Below, one piece after another: positions 11,750 to 23,900 of a stretch of 64,000 nucleotides of DNA. The notes under the pieces were generated by a model, which was not told the origin of the DNA, did not search any database, and saw only the letters and a program-made list of their open reading frames with translations. Numbering within the stretch: the stretch's first letter is position 1; each line of letters begins with the position of its first letter. The stretch is from Sporopachydermia quercuum (Eukaryota): assembly GCA_001599295.1 (NCBI GenBank), contig BCGN01000004.1, positions 1,489,676-1,553,675 of the forward strand, in the 5' to 3' direction. Both the position numbers and the translations under genes were made by a program.

Positions 11750-14275
11750 ATGATGAATAATCATCAGCCTATTCAAAGCTGGAGCAGGAGAAGAAGCCAT
11801 TCTGATGGTGAAATTGAAAATGACAATGACTCACTAAAAGCTCATAATTTACAGCATCTGCTTCTTGCTATGGGACCTGAAAATGAACGACTGCAGCTTA
11901 ACCGGAATCTGGACTCAAGAGATATTAAGCTACTGCAACGCATTGTTAAAAGAGCAGACATATTGAGATCTAATAGTCAGTACCACGATAGGGAAGAAGG
12001 AAAAGAGGAAAACAGCTTTGATGCCATTTTTGAGGCTTATCAAACTGTCTTGCGTCAATACCAAATAGACCCTGTTCAGGATCAAGTATACTTCAAACTG
12101 TTATTAATGCTGGCAAAGATCCCTGGTGATACTTGGATGAGAAAACTGAGAACATTATTAAGGAAACTTTCAGTTGACGAAGAGTCTACTCAATTACTTG
12201 AACGTAAAGAAATATTGAAAGAGCGGTTGAATCATTATAATCTAGCTGTTACTGCTTTTTATCTAGGAAAATGGATTCAACGTTTTAATCTGAATGTGGA
12301 ATGTCAAATGGACCTTGATCAGAACTGTAATATATACATTAAGAGTAAGTTCTATAACTTATGGATAGAGAGAACATCTGACTTAGCATTAAATGATGAA
12401 AAAGCGATAGTTAATCGCAATAAGTTCATTCTAAAAAGAACACTCAGAATTTTGAAACAGAACTGTACCAATAAAGAGCTTTTATACAACAAAGCTTCTT
12501 GGTTCTACGCCGCTAGATATTTCAATATATGGAGAAATAGAAAATCAAACTACTTCAAAAGAGTAGAGAGAGCTATTAAATTCAGCAATCACAATATAGA
12601 GAGAAAAGCCTTTAGAAACTGGAAACTCGTCTATATAGCAGCATTTTACAAATCAGAACTAAGAAACCAATTGTTAAAACGTTCTTTTGAAGCTTGGAGA
12701 TCGGCTTATACTGTTATAAGTAATACTGAAGATTCTGTTGTTCATTACAAGAACAAACAAATTATATTCAGCATATTCAACACCTGGGAAAACCTAACCC
12801 GAGATATATATTATTATGGCTATATAGCGGATGATAAGTATAACAATCAGCTACTAACTAGAACATGGTCGAACTGGAAAGAAGTTAGAAGATTTAAAGC
12901 CATGGAAAGGCAATTTGTTGTTTCAATAAACCGTGAACTTGCCGTGAGATATTTTTCAAGCTGGAAAAGAAAAGCAGCAGATATAAGAATAGCTGATCAA
13001 CTATATGCTAGAAACATATTAACACATCATTTCAAAACCTTGAAGCTAGTGTACAGAGAGCGAGAATTCAGGAAACATTCTAATTTGGTTTTACAATATG
13101 ATTTTCTTCATAGGTGGTTATTGACAAACAGAATGAAAGTCTTCCAACGATACATTCTAATGTGTCTTGGGAAACGAATTCTATCTCAGTGGTACAAGAA
13201 GGAGAAACTGTACCGTTTAAAAGTGTACCAGATAAGAAAAGAACAGGAGATACATGACTATCTAACTCTTACAAGAAGACATCTTTCTATATGGCACGAG
13301 AAATTTCTTACGAGTCAAGATAAAGCTGATATTGCAGAACACCACTATGAAGCTATTCTTTGTTCTAAAGTATTGAAACAAATAGTCCAATCAACTAAAC
13401 AGCGATGGATCCTTAACGGCAAGGCAGATGAATTTTATTTCAACATCTTGAAAAGACGCGCATTTAATAGTTGGAGAAGTTGCTTGGACACCAGAAGGAA
13501 AGCTCAACGAGAGCACTTGCTTAGTAGGTGGACTAACACTAGAAATAACTTACTAACGAAGAGAACATTTAACTATTGGAGAAGAAGACTAGATACTCAA
13601 CTTGAATTATACGATAAATCTGTAGCATTTCTCAATAATAACTCAAATTTAAGGCTGAAATCTCAGCAGTTCTATAAATGGCAGTCAAAGAAACAACTGA
13701 TACGGCAATTAGAGCATGACGGTGAAGAACTGTACAACCATAGAACAACTGTCAAATACTTTCATCAGTGGTTAAAAAAACACTATGCTATACAGGAATT
13801 CGATAAAACCTTGGAAGAGCATTTAATCCTGAAAAACTTGGAGATAATCGAGAAAACTTTTCGGCGTTGGACATTAGCAACTATGAAGCTGCAATCCAAG
13901 TCACGAGATGCTACCCAATTCAACGAACGATGGGTTAAAGTGAAATTCAGAAATATATGGCATCAATGGGTTTTGCTTTCTGAAGAGAGAAGGAAAATGT
14001 CATTAGCAAGCGAAATGGAAGCAATCTCTTTAAGCAACTTCGATAGTTCTGCTATACCTGCTACCCCAACTAGAATCTCTGTACCTAGCAGAGGATTTCA
14101 GACACCTACTGGTAAATCTTACCAATTCGCAGCGGATCGTCTTAGATCTTTAAGACATACAACGCCTTCCGTTTCACGAAGGTTTGTGAAACGTTTAGAC
14201 CAAAGCACCTTTGAGACAGAGACCAAGAAGGTTCGATCACGGTTGAATGATGTTCACACTGAGAATGAGATATAA
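11750..14275 (+). CDS. SFI1: Spindle pole body half-bridge protein Sfi1
   Basis: Many ~23-33 aa spaced repeats of the F..W type (AFRNW, SFEAW, YFSSW, AFNSW, TFNYW, YFHQW) and C-terminal TP/SP CDK sites. Confidence 0.88.
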   Translation: MMNNHQPIQSWSRRRSHSDGEIENDNDSLKAHNLQHLLLAMGPENERLQLNRNLDSRDIKLLQRIVKRADILRSNSQYHDREEGKEENSFDAIFEAYQTVLRQYQIDPVQDQVYFKLLLMLAKIPGDTWMRKLRTLLRKLSVDEESTQLLERKEILKERLNHYNLAVTAFYLGKWIQRFNLNVECQMDLDQNCNIYIKSKFYNLWIERTSDLALNDEKAIVNRNKFILKRTLRILKQNCTNKELLYNKASWFYAARYFNIWRNRKSNYFKRVERAIKFSNHNIERKAFRNWKLVYIAAFYKSELRNQLLKRSFEAWRSAYTVISNTEDSVVHYKNKQIIFSIFNTWENLTRDIYYYGYIADDKYNNQLLTRTWSNWKEVRRFKAMERQFVVSINRELAVRYFSSWKRKAADIRIADQLYARNILTHHFKTLKLVYREREFRKHSNLVLQYDFLHRWLLTNRMKVFQRYILMCLGKRILSQWYKKEKLYRLKVYQIRKEQEIHDYLTLTRRHLSIWHEKFLTSQDKADIAEHHYEAILCSKVLKQIVQSTKQRWILNGKADEFYFNILKRRAFNSWRSCLDTRRKAQREHLLSRWTNTRNNLLTKRTFNYWRRRLDTQLELYDKSVAFLNNNSNLRLKSQQFYKWQSKKQLIRQLEHDGEELYNHRTTVKYFHQWLKKHYAIQEFDKTLEEHLILKNLEIIEKTFRRWTLATMKLQSKSRDATQFNERWVKVKFRNIWHQWVLLSEERRKMSLASEMEAISLSNFDSSAIPATPTRISVPSRGFQTPTGKSYQFAADRLRSLRHTTPSVSRRFVKRLDQSTFETETKKVRSRLNDVHTENEI

Positions 14276-14851
14276 AGTTTCATGACAGATACTCACGTTA
14301 ACAGTTATATTACGATAAGGTACTTTCTTAGTAACGTCTTGAGGCCAATTGAACTTTTCTATATTGTGATTATTAGAACGACATGCATCGAACAATTTTG
14401 AATAAGCCTTGTGGTTCATATTTGATACCTTGTTCAGCCGTTTAATCATTTGTTATTTTCACTTTTTGTCACTGGTGGTAGGTAGAACCAGAAATAATCA
14501 CAGCTCTCTGTCTTTTTGATTTGAACTCTCAGACTGTCATTTAAACTATCGAAAACAACAACTGGCATAATAAGCATAAGCATATCATATGTATTTGTAT
14601 ATTAAATGTATATTAATTAACTAGCAGTCATACAATCAATAGTATGATGATTGTACTATATATATTTTTGTTATTATTATTAGAACACATCTATCATACA
14701 TCAATTTCTGGTATATAAACAGTATTCTACATTAAAAAAGAACATACGGACATACCAAAGAAATCATCAGGTAATACTAGTAATAGTACTTTCACAAGTT
14801 AAACCAATGTATATTTTAATTATTTCCTAACTAATCCCATTCTGTGTGACA

Positions 14852-16594
14852 TTACTCTTCACCAGTAGCATCTTCATCTTCAAAAACATTCTGTGGCACA
14901 CTGAATAACTTAATAGCAGTATTATTAGGATCCTTAACAATCACGAATTTCCCATCTTCTTGATTAGAGAAGATATCAATCAAACTCCGCACAATACCCC
15001 AGCCATTAGCAAGAGACAGATTCATTTGCAAAGCTAAATCTTCTGGTTTATAAGAAGCAACAGCCAAGATTGTATGATTCACTCTGTCCTTAGGAGTCTT
15101 TCTGGTGACGAAACCCAACTTCAAGAAGTCAGCACCAGAAATTAGGGCCTGGTTAGTCCATTTGGCGAATTTATTGGAGTTCTTCTTGATTTCAGCAGCA
15201 ACAATTGCACCTCTATGAGTGAGCAATTTAGTACGCCAGTCCAAACCGTTATTAGGAGCATATTGGTTGAGAGCCTTGATGGATAGTAAGTTAGGAGAAC
15301 CGGAGGCAGTATGTTGCACAGCATCAATTTCTGTTCTAACGATAATTGGAATTTGTTCTTCAGGAGCAGATGAGCCAGAAGGTAACACAAATTTTTTATA
15401 CTTATAGCCTTTGTTGAATAAAGGATCTTCCAAATCTTCTTCAAGCGCAAATGGGTTAGTAGGATTAGCAAAAGCAAAAGGCCTTTCAGATTCATTAACT
15501 GCGTTAACAACAAAATTCTGGTTAACAAAGGTAGCTTCTAAAGACAAGTTCTTTGCGCTATTAATCTTTTCATCATCATCAGAGTCAAATGGAGCATCGG
15601 CAGCATTTTCATCAACAGTGATTAGATCTAATGGGCCAGAATCCCGTTTATCGAAGAACAATTTGTCACCTTTCTTAGTAACAATGACATCCCAAGAGAT
15701 AACAGACTTGGAAGCGCACATCAATTGAGAAATAACAGAATCTGTGGTGAAAGCAGTAAGTTTAGGAGCAATAACTGGTTCAGCAGGGTTTTCAGATGGA
15801 ATAGCTGAGACTTCCTTGAAGGATTCAGATGATAATTTTTGGATAACTGGATCATCTGAAGCAGTTGGGTTGAAATGTGTTCGATCAATAATCTTTAGTG
15901 GTGTATTGGAAGATCTATCAAAGTTCTTATCGTAATAATATGACAATCCGTGGGTTTCAACATCTTCTCCTTGCTTGACATCTAAAGACAATTTAGCCAA
16001 TCTATTGAATTCAATATCGGTGATGAGTGACCATTCAGATCCAACTTCTACAGAGAAATTTCTCACTCTAGCTGGCTTGTTGTAGTCCTTAAATCCACCA
16101 ACAGATCTTCTAACAACTCTATTACCACCGGCTTGAGCGGCATTTCTACTATTCTTGACAGCATTATTTCCTTGTGGTCCTTCATTTCTGGTTTGATTGA
16201 ATCTTCTGCCTTGATTTCCACCTCTAGTTTTCAGTACTTGACGCCCAGCAAAATTAGTAGTAAATCCAGCAGCTGGTTTAGGCGCAGCCTTACCAGTGTT
16301 GTCAACAACGGAGAAAGATGATGAATCACCTTGTTCTTCATTGTTGGCGAAAAATGATGCTGCTGCTGATGCTCCATACGCGTGATAGGGATCACGTTCT
16401 CTATTTCTGTTACGACCCCACTGCTCTTGTGAATCCTTAGGAGCTTCCCAATCAGCAATCTTACCTAACTTATCGCCCTTGGAAAATGGTGCATAAGGAA
16501 TATCCTTGAATTTCAAAGCTTCTGGGATTCCTTTTGGTGGACCCCAAGAGTCTCCAGCATTGGGTAGTGATGCAAATGAGAATGGTATTGACAT
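14852..16594 (-). CDS. Translation initiation factor eIF3 subunit d (Moe1-like)
   Basis: WGPP, PYAPFSKGDKLGKIADW, SWDVIVTKKGDKLFFDKRD, DWRTKL..RGAIVAAEIKKN, NGWGIVR. Confidence 0.95.
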   Translation of the reverse strand: MSIPFSFASLPNAGDSWGPPKGIPEALKFKDIPYAPFSKGDKLGKIADWEAPKDSQEQWGRNRNRERDPYHAYGASAAASFFANNEEQGDSSSFSVVDNTGKAAPKPAAGFTTNFAGRQVLKTRGGNQGRRFNQTRNEGPQGNNAVKNSRNAAQAGGNRVVRRSVGGFKDYNKPARVRNFSVEVGSEWSLITDIEFNRLAKLSLDVKQGEDVETHGLSYYYDKNFDRSSNTPLKIIDRTHFNPTASDDPVIQKLSSESFKEVSAIPSENPAEPVIAPKLTAFTTDSVISQLMCASKSVISWDVIVTKKGDKLFFDKRDSGPLDLITVDENAADAPFDSDDDEKINSAKNLSLEATFVNQNFVVNAVNESERPFAFANPTNPFALEEDLEDPLFNKGYKYKKFVLPSGSSAPEEQIPIIVRTEIDAVQHTASGSPNLLSIKALNQYAPNNGLDWRTKLLTHRGAIVAAEIKKNSNKFAKWTNQALISGADFLKLGFVTRKTPKDRVNHTILAVASYKPEDLALQMNLSLANGWGIVRSLIDIFSNQEDGKFVIVKDPNNTAIKLFSVPQNVFEDEDATGEE

Positions 16595-16834
16595 GGCTGA
16601 TTTCTGGCGCTATTTCCTTATTCGGTACCCACTTAATCAACAGATCCTTGAATTTATCTTCTCAAATCTGATATAGCAACAAATTCTGTTAAATATGTAG
16701 TAATATATATGTTAAAAACGGAATGTATGTTAGTTGATTCGCATTCTTTTTGTATGCTATGCTCTTTTTCTTTTTTTCCACATTTTTTTCCTTTGAGTTG
16801 TTTGGGAAAAAATAAGTGTACATGTTACTTATGG

Positions 16835-16855
16835 CCGGGTAAGATTTGAAAAATC
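16835..16855. promoter_or_regulatory. Reb1-type site plus RRPE-like motif in the eIF3d/RBG2 divergent promoter
   Basis: CCGGGTAA at 16835-16842 followed by TGAAAAAT. Confidence 0.5.
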
Positions 16856-17211
16856 TGAAGGGGAATTCAGGAGAATATTATTATTGTTTATTAACTATTA
16901 TGTAATCAAAAAATAATANCCAGACCTCAAGCGGAGATGCTGTAAATAATGAAAAAGTACTGAGAAGAGAAAACATATAAATGTAAAAGAAGAGTTCTGT
17001 CACTTGCTTCTCAATCAGCGCCAAGAAGACTGAGAGCTTGAACTCGATAATGATCTTGGTTTTAATTGCAGTTGAATGTGTACTTGAATATCTGAGATAT
17101 AGCTGATTTTGACTAACTAGGCAACATTATCCTTGATCTATAAGTGTAGAGAATAGTATTGACAGGAACAAAAGGCATAGGAGTAGCCAATTGACTTGGA
17201 AGTGTATCAAA

Positions 17212-18420
17212 ATGGTCGGAATTACGTAAGTATTTGAATTTAGATTGGTCGATGAAATTTATTCTTTAACAATCTATGCTGCAACCACAGGCCAATACAT
17301 TGTTTCTAATACTAACGTAATAAATAGAGAGAAGATTCAACAGATCCAAGAGGAACTGGCAAGAACACAAAAGAATAAAGCCACCGAGTATCATATTGGT
17401 CTCTTAAAAGGAAAACTTGCTAGATATAGACAACAGCTTTTAGAACCAACACCTGGCGGATCATCAAGCTCAGGTCAAGGATTTGAAGTATCTAAATCTG
17501 GCGATGCTAGAGTTGCTTTGATTGGTTTTCCATCAGTTGGTAAATCCAGTTTTCTATCGAAAGCTACTAAAACAAAATCAGAAGTCGCACAGTATGCTTT
17601 CACAACATTAACTTCAGTTCCGGGTGTATTAGAGTACAACGGTGCTGAAATTCAAATATTGGACCTGCCAGGTATTATCCAAGGTGCTTCTGAAGGTAAA
17701 GGTAGAGGTAGACAAGTGGTAGCAACAGCTAAAACAGCCGATTTGATTCTTATGATTCTTGATGCTACAAAAGGACACGATCAAAGAACTATTTTAGAGA
17801 GAGAATTAGAAGCAGTTGGAATTAGACTGAACAAAGAACGACCTAATATTTACTTCAAAGTTAAGAAAACCGGTGGTCATAAAATCAACTTTACTTCACC
17901 TCCAAAAAACTTGGATGAAAAGCTAATATCAAATATTTTAAGAGATTACAAAATTCACAATGCAGATGTTCTTATACGAGATGATGAAGTAACGGTTGAA
18001 GATTTCATTGATATTATTAATGATTCACACAGATCTTACATTAAATGTCTATATGCTTACAACAAGATCGATGCTGTGTCCTTAGAAGAGGTGGACCGTT
18101 TAGCAAGAGAGCCTAATACTATAGTTTTCTCTTGTGAACTGGATTTAGGATTAGATGATTTGATTGAGGAGATCTGGGAAAAACTAAATCTCTTGCGTTT
18201 GTACACGAAGCGTAAGGGTATTGCCCCTGATTTCAGTGACCCCATGGTTGTTAGGGAAAATAGTACTATTGAGAGTGTTTGTGATGGAATTCATAGAAGC
18301 TTGAAAGAACAGTTCAAATACGCTTTAGTATGGGGTGTGAGTGCAAAACATTCGCCTCAGAAATGTGGTATTACGCATAAGATAGCTGACGAGGATGTTG
18401 TATCAATTGTGACAAAGTAG
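17212..18420 (+). CDS. RBG2: DRG-family GTPase Rbg2; exons 17212-17225 and 17328-18420
   Basis: ATG GTC GGA ATT AC|GTAAGT...TACTAAC...TAG|A GAG AAG joins in frame. [25 protein letters not shown] and a TGS domain; [12 protein letters not shown] and SGDARV are DRG2-type. Confidence 0.95.
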
Positions 18421-18607
18421 AGGATTATCTGATAATTGATTTAAAACCAAGCTCAAGTATCATACAAATACAATTAATTTTGGAAAACAATAACACGTAT
18501 CTTACAACATATAAAAACCAAATTTATTTACAGAGATATTTACTTGATTTCAATCAACATATATCGTTGTTTTCAACATTCTTCAACTAGTCAAAAACTC
18601 AGTATAT

Positions 18608-19173
18608 TTAGGATCTTATTCCGCCTCGTTTTTCCAGAAACTCTTTTGCTTCATTGATCTTAGTAGCAAGAAAGGGACTTCCTCCTTTATCAGGATGATT
18701 CAGTAACATGATTCTTCTATGATTATCTTTCAGTTTGGATTTTGTTAATGTGGTTTCCCGTAGATTAAGAATTTGTAGAGCTTCCTTAGCAGTCATTTTT
18801 GGTTCAAAACCACCTTTATAGAATGATCTACCTCCAATACCTGGCTGTTTCGTCTTGAATAATCTCGAAACCTGAAAAATATGTTAGTACATACCCCTTA
18901 TTATGAATCTTGAACCTCCAAATCAACTGTGTGTATTTCCATCGCTTCCCTTCATATGTGATCACTTACTCCATATAGTGCCAGTAAACTGCCGACACCA
19001 ACAAGAACAGGGTGTTCTCTAGTGTACTCAACCGCACTATTAAAATATTGTTCAAACTGACCAGGAGCTTGAATACCTTCTTGTCCTTGGAAGGTTTGAG
19101 CATCCCCTGCTGCTGTTGATGATGCAACTCCCACAGGTGTAATGGCCACAGCGCCTTCTGGTAGTACTGCCAT
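18608..19173 (-). CDS. PAM18: Mitochondrial import motor J-protein Pam18/Tim14; exons 19173-18970 and 18871-18608
   Basis: Intron 18872-18969 (GTAAGT..TACTAAC..CAG) joins the TM exon to FYKGGFEPKM..EALQIL..HRRIMLLNHPDKGGSPFLATKINEAK. Confidence 0.95.
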
Positions 19174-19953
19174 TCTGTCTATAGTTTATTTGTTTATATG
19201 AAAACCTTCTACCTAACGGAGAAAATCCCAAATTCTCTTTAAAATCAAATGTCCTAATAAAGAGCTGGTAGCTGTTAAGTTTTCTGCTCTGCCTCCTATT
19301 TTCTTTTTATTTTTCTTTTCATGTATCAACTAGTTCATTTCGCAAGAGCCCTAATCAAATACTGAAAAATCTCCGNTATGTTGTAAGACCTTAGTGTCTT
19401 CTGAATTACCCCTGAATGCAATTACCCGGCTTTTTGTTCTAATTCCCTTCGTATTTCACTTTGGGGAGGGGGTTCTAGACATTATTAGGGAAATGCTCAA
19501 TCAACCGAATTGAGTAAATTCAGGGGGTCATCTCTGAAGACTGAAATTCTTTATCAGTTTTCCACAGTAGAAAAAATTTTCTTTATTATGGAGGCCTTTT
19601 ACTATTAAGTAATTTAACACTTCTAATACTCTACAGGTTGTATGAGGTTCTGTTGAAAGCACTGTGTTTTTACTGCTATTCAAGTGAAAAGCATTTGGAA
19701 GAGATTGATAAGGCTTGTGATAGAGATGCTAGGTGTTTTGGTTGATTGATCTAAGAATTTCAGTAAGAACTATCAGCAGATCAAATACTTCAGTTTTACT
19801 ACTTGAATCAAAGGTGTATATAATACAGTATCATTATTTAAGTGAATAACGGTTCTAACGACCAAAATCCATCAAAGAGAATCAAAAGATAGGAATATAA
19901 TTATACTTCAAGGAAACTTCCTCATTATATCTTATTCATAATAATACTTCAAC

Positions 19954-20565
19954 ATGAGAATATACCAGTGCCATTTTTGCTCGTCACCTATATACCCAGG
20001 GCACGGGATTATGTTTGTGCGGAATGATGCCAAAGAGTTTCGTTTCTGTCGGTCAAAATGTCATAAGAATTTTAAGATGAAGCGTAATCCAAGAAAACTG
20101 AAGTGGACTAAGGCATTCCGTAAAGCAGCTGGTAAAGAGATGGTTGTTGATTCTACTTTAACATTTGCCAGTCGTCGTAATGTCCCAGTGCGATATAACA
20201 GAGAATTGGTTGCTACTACATTGCAGGCTATGTCGCGTATTGAGCAAATCCGCCAAAGAAGAGAAAAGGCGTTCTATAAGAATAGAATGCGGGGCAATGC
20301 TTCTAGAGCTCTTGAAGAAGACCGTAAATTGGTTGAGGCCAACCCTGAATTATTAAGAATGAGAGAAGTTGAATTAGCAAGAAAGAAGAAGAAGGCTCAA
20401 GCTGTTGTAGAAGACGACGAAGAAATGGAATTAGAAGTTGAAGAAATGGTCGAAAACGAGGAAATGGAATTAGATAGCGAGCTTGAAAGCGAAGAAGAAG
20501 AAACTACAAAGGTGAAGCAAAAAGTATTACTCAAGAACAAGCCAAAGAAGAAGACAGTTCGTTAG
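19954..20565 (+). CDS. RLP24: Ribosome biogenesis protein Rlp24
   Basis: [49 protein letters not shown], with an acidic C-terminal tail. Confidence 0.97.
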   Translation: MRIYQCHFCSSPIYPGHGIMFVRNDAKEFRFCRSKCHKNFKMKRNPRKLKWTKAFRKAAGKEMVVDSTLTFASRRNVPVRYNRELVATTLQAMSRIEQIRQRREKAFYKNRMRGNASRALEEDRKLVEANPELLRMREVELARKKKKAQAVVEDDEEMELEVEEMVENEEMELDSELESEEEETTKVKQKVLLKNKPKKKTVR

Positions 20566-20746
20566 ATGGGTTAAGAATAGCACTTGCCGTATTATGGTCA
20601 TTTATTCTCAAAAATGATTATGTGCATCAATTATATAGATGGAACTCAAGCTCTTTTTGTCATTTCCTTTCACAGTTTTTTTCTTTTACTGCATTGCACT
20701 TATTTGCTTTTCATTTTATTGTATTGCTGATGGCTTTATTATTTCT

Positions 20747-20793
20747 TACTATACTATACTACACTATACTATACTACACTATACTATACTACA
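20747..20793. repeat. Pentamer microsatellite (ATACT/ACACT) with a 15-bp higher-order period
   Basis: About three copies of ATACTATACTACACT between the convergent RLP24 and PPR1 ends. Confidence 0.9.
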
Positions 20794-20965
20794 TGATACA
20801 TATATTATCACGCTTGTTTTCAGGAAATTTATATACCTTTCGGCACTTTAGGGTTTTTATATGGTTAATTTTATTTCAATATTAATATTAATATTATACT
20901 AATACTAATATTATTGTTGTATTATTGAGATCAGTATATTGTAGAAACACACAATTCTTTTAGTT

Positions 20966-23900
20966 TCATTTGTAGTTAGAGTTATGGTCAGAATAAGGAC
21001 CTGAATGCGGATAAGACATAAAATATGCTTCATTTTGGAATCTTTCTTGACCAAATGGTAAGTTTTCATTATTTGCTTCAGTTTGAAGATTTCTATCAGA
21101 TCTGCTTGCAGAAGGGGCACTGTTTTGGCTTCTAGATGATTCGCTGGACATCGTATTTGGCACTTCATTCGTTGATTCAGATACATTATGATTAGAACCA
21201 GGGAATTGGCCAAAGAATTCATCCCAAATATTAGCTAAAGGTACTTGGAATATCATATCATATACTCTCTGTCCATCATCAACATAAGGTGTGTGCATTG
21301 GTTCCTGCTCCATAACCATATTTGCTCCCATAGCATCTGGTCTTTCATTTCCTATACCATAAGAGAATCCTGTTTCATTGATAACTTGATGCTGGTTATC
21401 TGGTCTGTTACCGCTAGAATGGTTATGACTGGGATTACTATTATTTCCATTACTACCACCACTACTCAAAGAATGATAACCAGAAGATGAAGAAGAAGAT
21501 CGTACAGATGGTTGATGAGTTCCAATTGATCTAGTATTCAGATTTGGAAGAGGTGATAACACACTGGCATTAGAATTTGACAAAGGTCTGAATATTGGTG
21601 AGAAGGCAGACCCTGTGCTCAAGTCTGAGTATGTTGATGATGTAGAAGTGTTGCGTATATTGGCACTAGGTGCACCAGAAATAAGTTGAGACCTATTGGA
21701 AGGTGAGATTTGCTGTTCAAAAGGTCCTGCGGCCTCATTATCTGGTGAAATTCCTTCTACCAGAGCTGCCTCACGGAAGAACTGATCGAGATCATCAGTC
21801 CAAGAGATTTTATTATAAACTGGTGTAGAAATCGACTGAGAATTACTCACAGACTCCAGGTTGGACTCGGCAGTAGACTCCCAGGAATCTTTGTTGTACA
21901 ATGGAACAGACATTGGAACTTCGTTATCAATAAATCCAGGACTCACTTGATCTCTAAGAGTCATCTCAGTGACATCCATTTCATTTGACTGCTCACTTTT
22001 CACTATGGGGTTTGATTGGATATTAGCTGAAATAGTACCTGCAGTTGCATCAGTATGATCGCTTCTGCTAGCGATACCTACAGAGCTGTCATCTTTACTC
22101 TTGATATTATCACTATCCTTACTATTTCTACTCAATTTCCTTCTCTTCGGCAAACTATCTACCAAGTTTTCTAGATGTGGAGGTAAATGCTTTGCTGGCT
22201 GTGTAGCAGCGATTTGATTCGCTGAAGGTATTGAGTCATCCTCTAACTTTAATTCAGTATCAGAATTAGCATCGTCTGCTTTATCTTCATTTTCATCGGA
22301 TAACAGGTTCCGTCCTCCACTTTTCTCATTAAAACAAAGCTTGAGAATAGCAGCAGTCAATAGTTCAAAAGCATCACGAGAACTTGCTGCAGCATCACAA
22401 CGATCAATCATACCTGTTAGAACGTGAATACATGCGATAGTACTATAATCAATCTCTTCCATTGTATACTTCATTCTAACTTCATGAGAATGATACAATG
22501 CATATAAATATGAAGTACCAGCCATAAACAGATTATGAACTGCCACCCAAGTGTAATTTATTGATCTTTGCTTATGAAGCTGATAATAATCCTTAATAAC
22601 TCTCTCGCCAGCATCAGCAATTATCAAATATGACTCTAACGAAGGCGTAGGATTCAAAGGACACAAACCAAATAGCGATAATCTTGTTTGATGATAGTTT
22701 AAATCAAAGAAAACCAAGTTGAAATTACAATTCATCTTTCTCAAGGTCTTAGGGGCTGACTTTTTCCATTCCTCTAAACGACGGTTCATATTGCTTCTCC
22801 AATCGTTCAGATTAGCAAATTTCCGTGGTAATTCTGCACAATCATAAAGAATTCTTTGGATTTCAGCTTGTAGAAGCCGTATTTTAAAAAAACTCAGTGA
22901 TACGTTTTTGTATGATGGCATGGTTGAAGACTGTAGAGAATAATCCGTGACTTTTCCATTGGGGTTCTGAGTAATTAGTGCATCATCAAGTTCACTTGGG
23001 AATGGGACTTTCACAGATTCCTCTGGGATTCCAAATGGTCTACCAAGATAAACGCATATCTGTCTATCTAATGAGTAAGTACACCAGAACAGTCTTCTTC
23101 TCATGTCTAGATCAAATGGGCCATATTCTGAAGGGATGAGATTCTTAGAAGTACTAGAAANATTGCTGTTCGCTTGATTACCAGTTGCTGAAGAACTGGT
23201 TGCCTTCTTACTCCACGTTCGCATACCAGATTCAGTATGTAGACCTAGATCTATACAGAGTCTTAAAGCTGATCCCAACACGTACCATACACCAGGAACA
23301 GCCGGTCTCATAATAGAGTATAACGCCAATAATAGAATACCCTGTAAAGCTTCAAGCCTATTAGAAGAGTTATAAACAGATTCCATATAAGCAGCCGCAG
23401 CCATTCTGTAGGATTCTGATATAATCCTGTTAAATTTCTGGTGATGTACTGATGTTGCAATGGCAAATACTATGTTAAGGAAATATAAACAAGGCATGAT
23501 ATCATTTCCTGGCAATGGTGAATGAGGGAAGAGTGGTTTTGACTTAGATTCCGGGTGCGAATACGAGTGTGAATGTGAATGTGAATGTGAATGTGAGCGC
23601 GAATGTGAGTGCGAATGCCGATTTGAATGTGACTTTGAAGCAGTGTCAGATTGCTGTTTTTTGTATTTATGGTAATAAGTATCCTCTTCCCTGAAAGGAC
23701 AAGGAGCTAGGTTCATGGATGTATAGTCTGATGCTAGCGACACACCAGGTGATAGTTCGCCATAAACAGGGTAGAAGTATCTCTCAATAAACTGCTCTCT
23801 ATGTAACACTGGTAACTGAGGATTAGCTTGAGAGAAAAACACGTTAAGAAATTTCTCGGCTTCAGACTTCGTTGGTAAGGGAGCAGGAGGTGTTGTAGTT

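Noticed and set aside
19594..19602. U5 snRNA loop 1-like GCCTTTTAC
   Set aside because: The flanks do not form the closing stem.
20622..20885. Short ORFs with YYTIL repeats
   Set aside because: Translation artefacts of the pentamer microsatellite in 3' UTR DNA.
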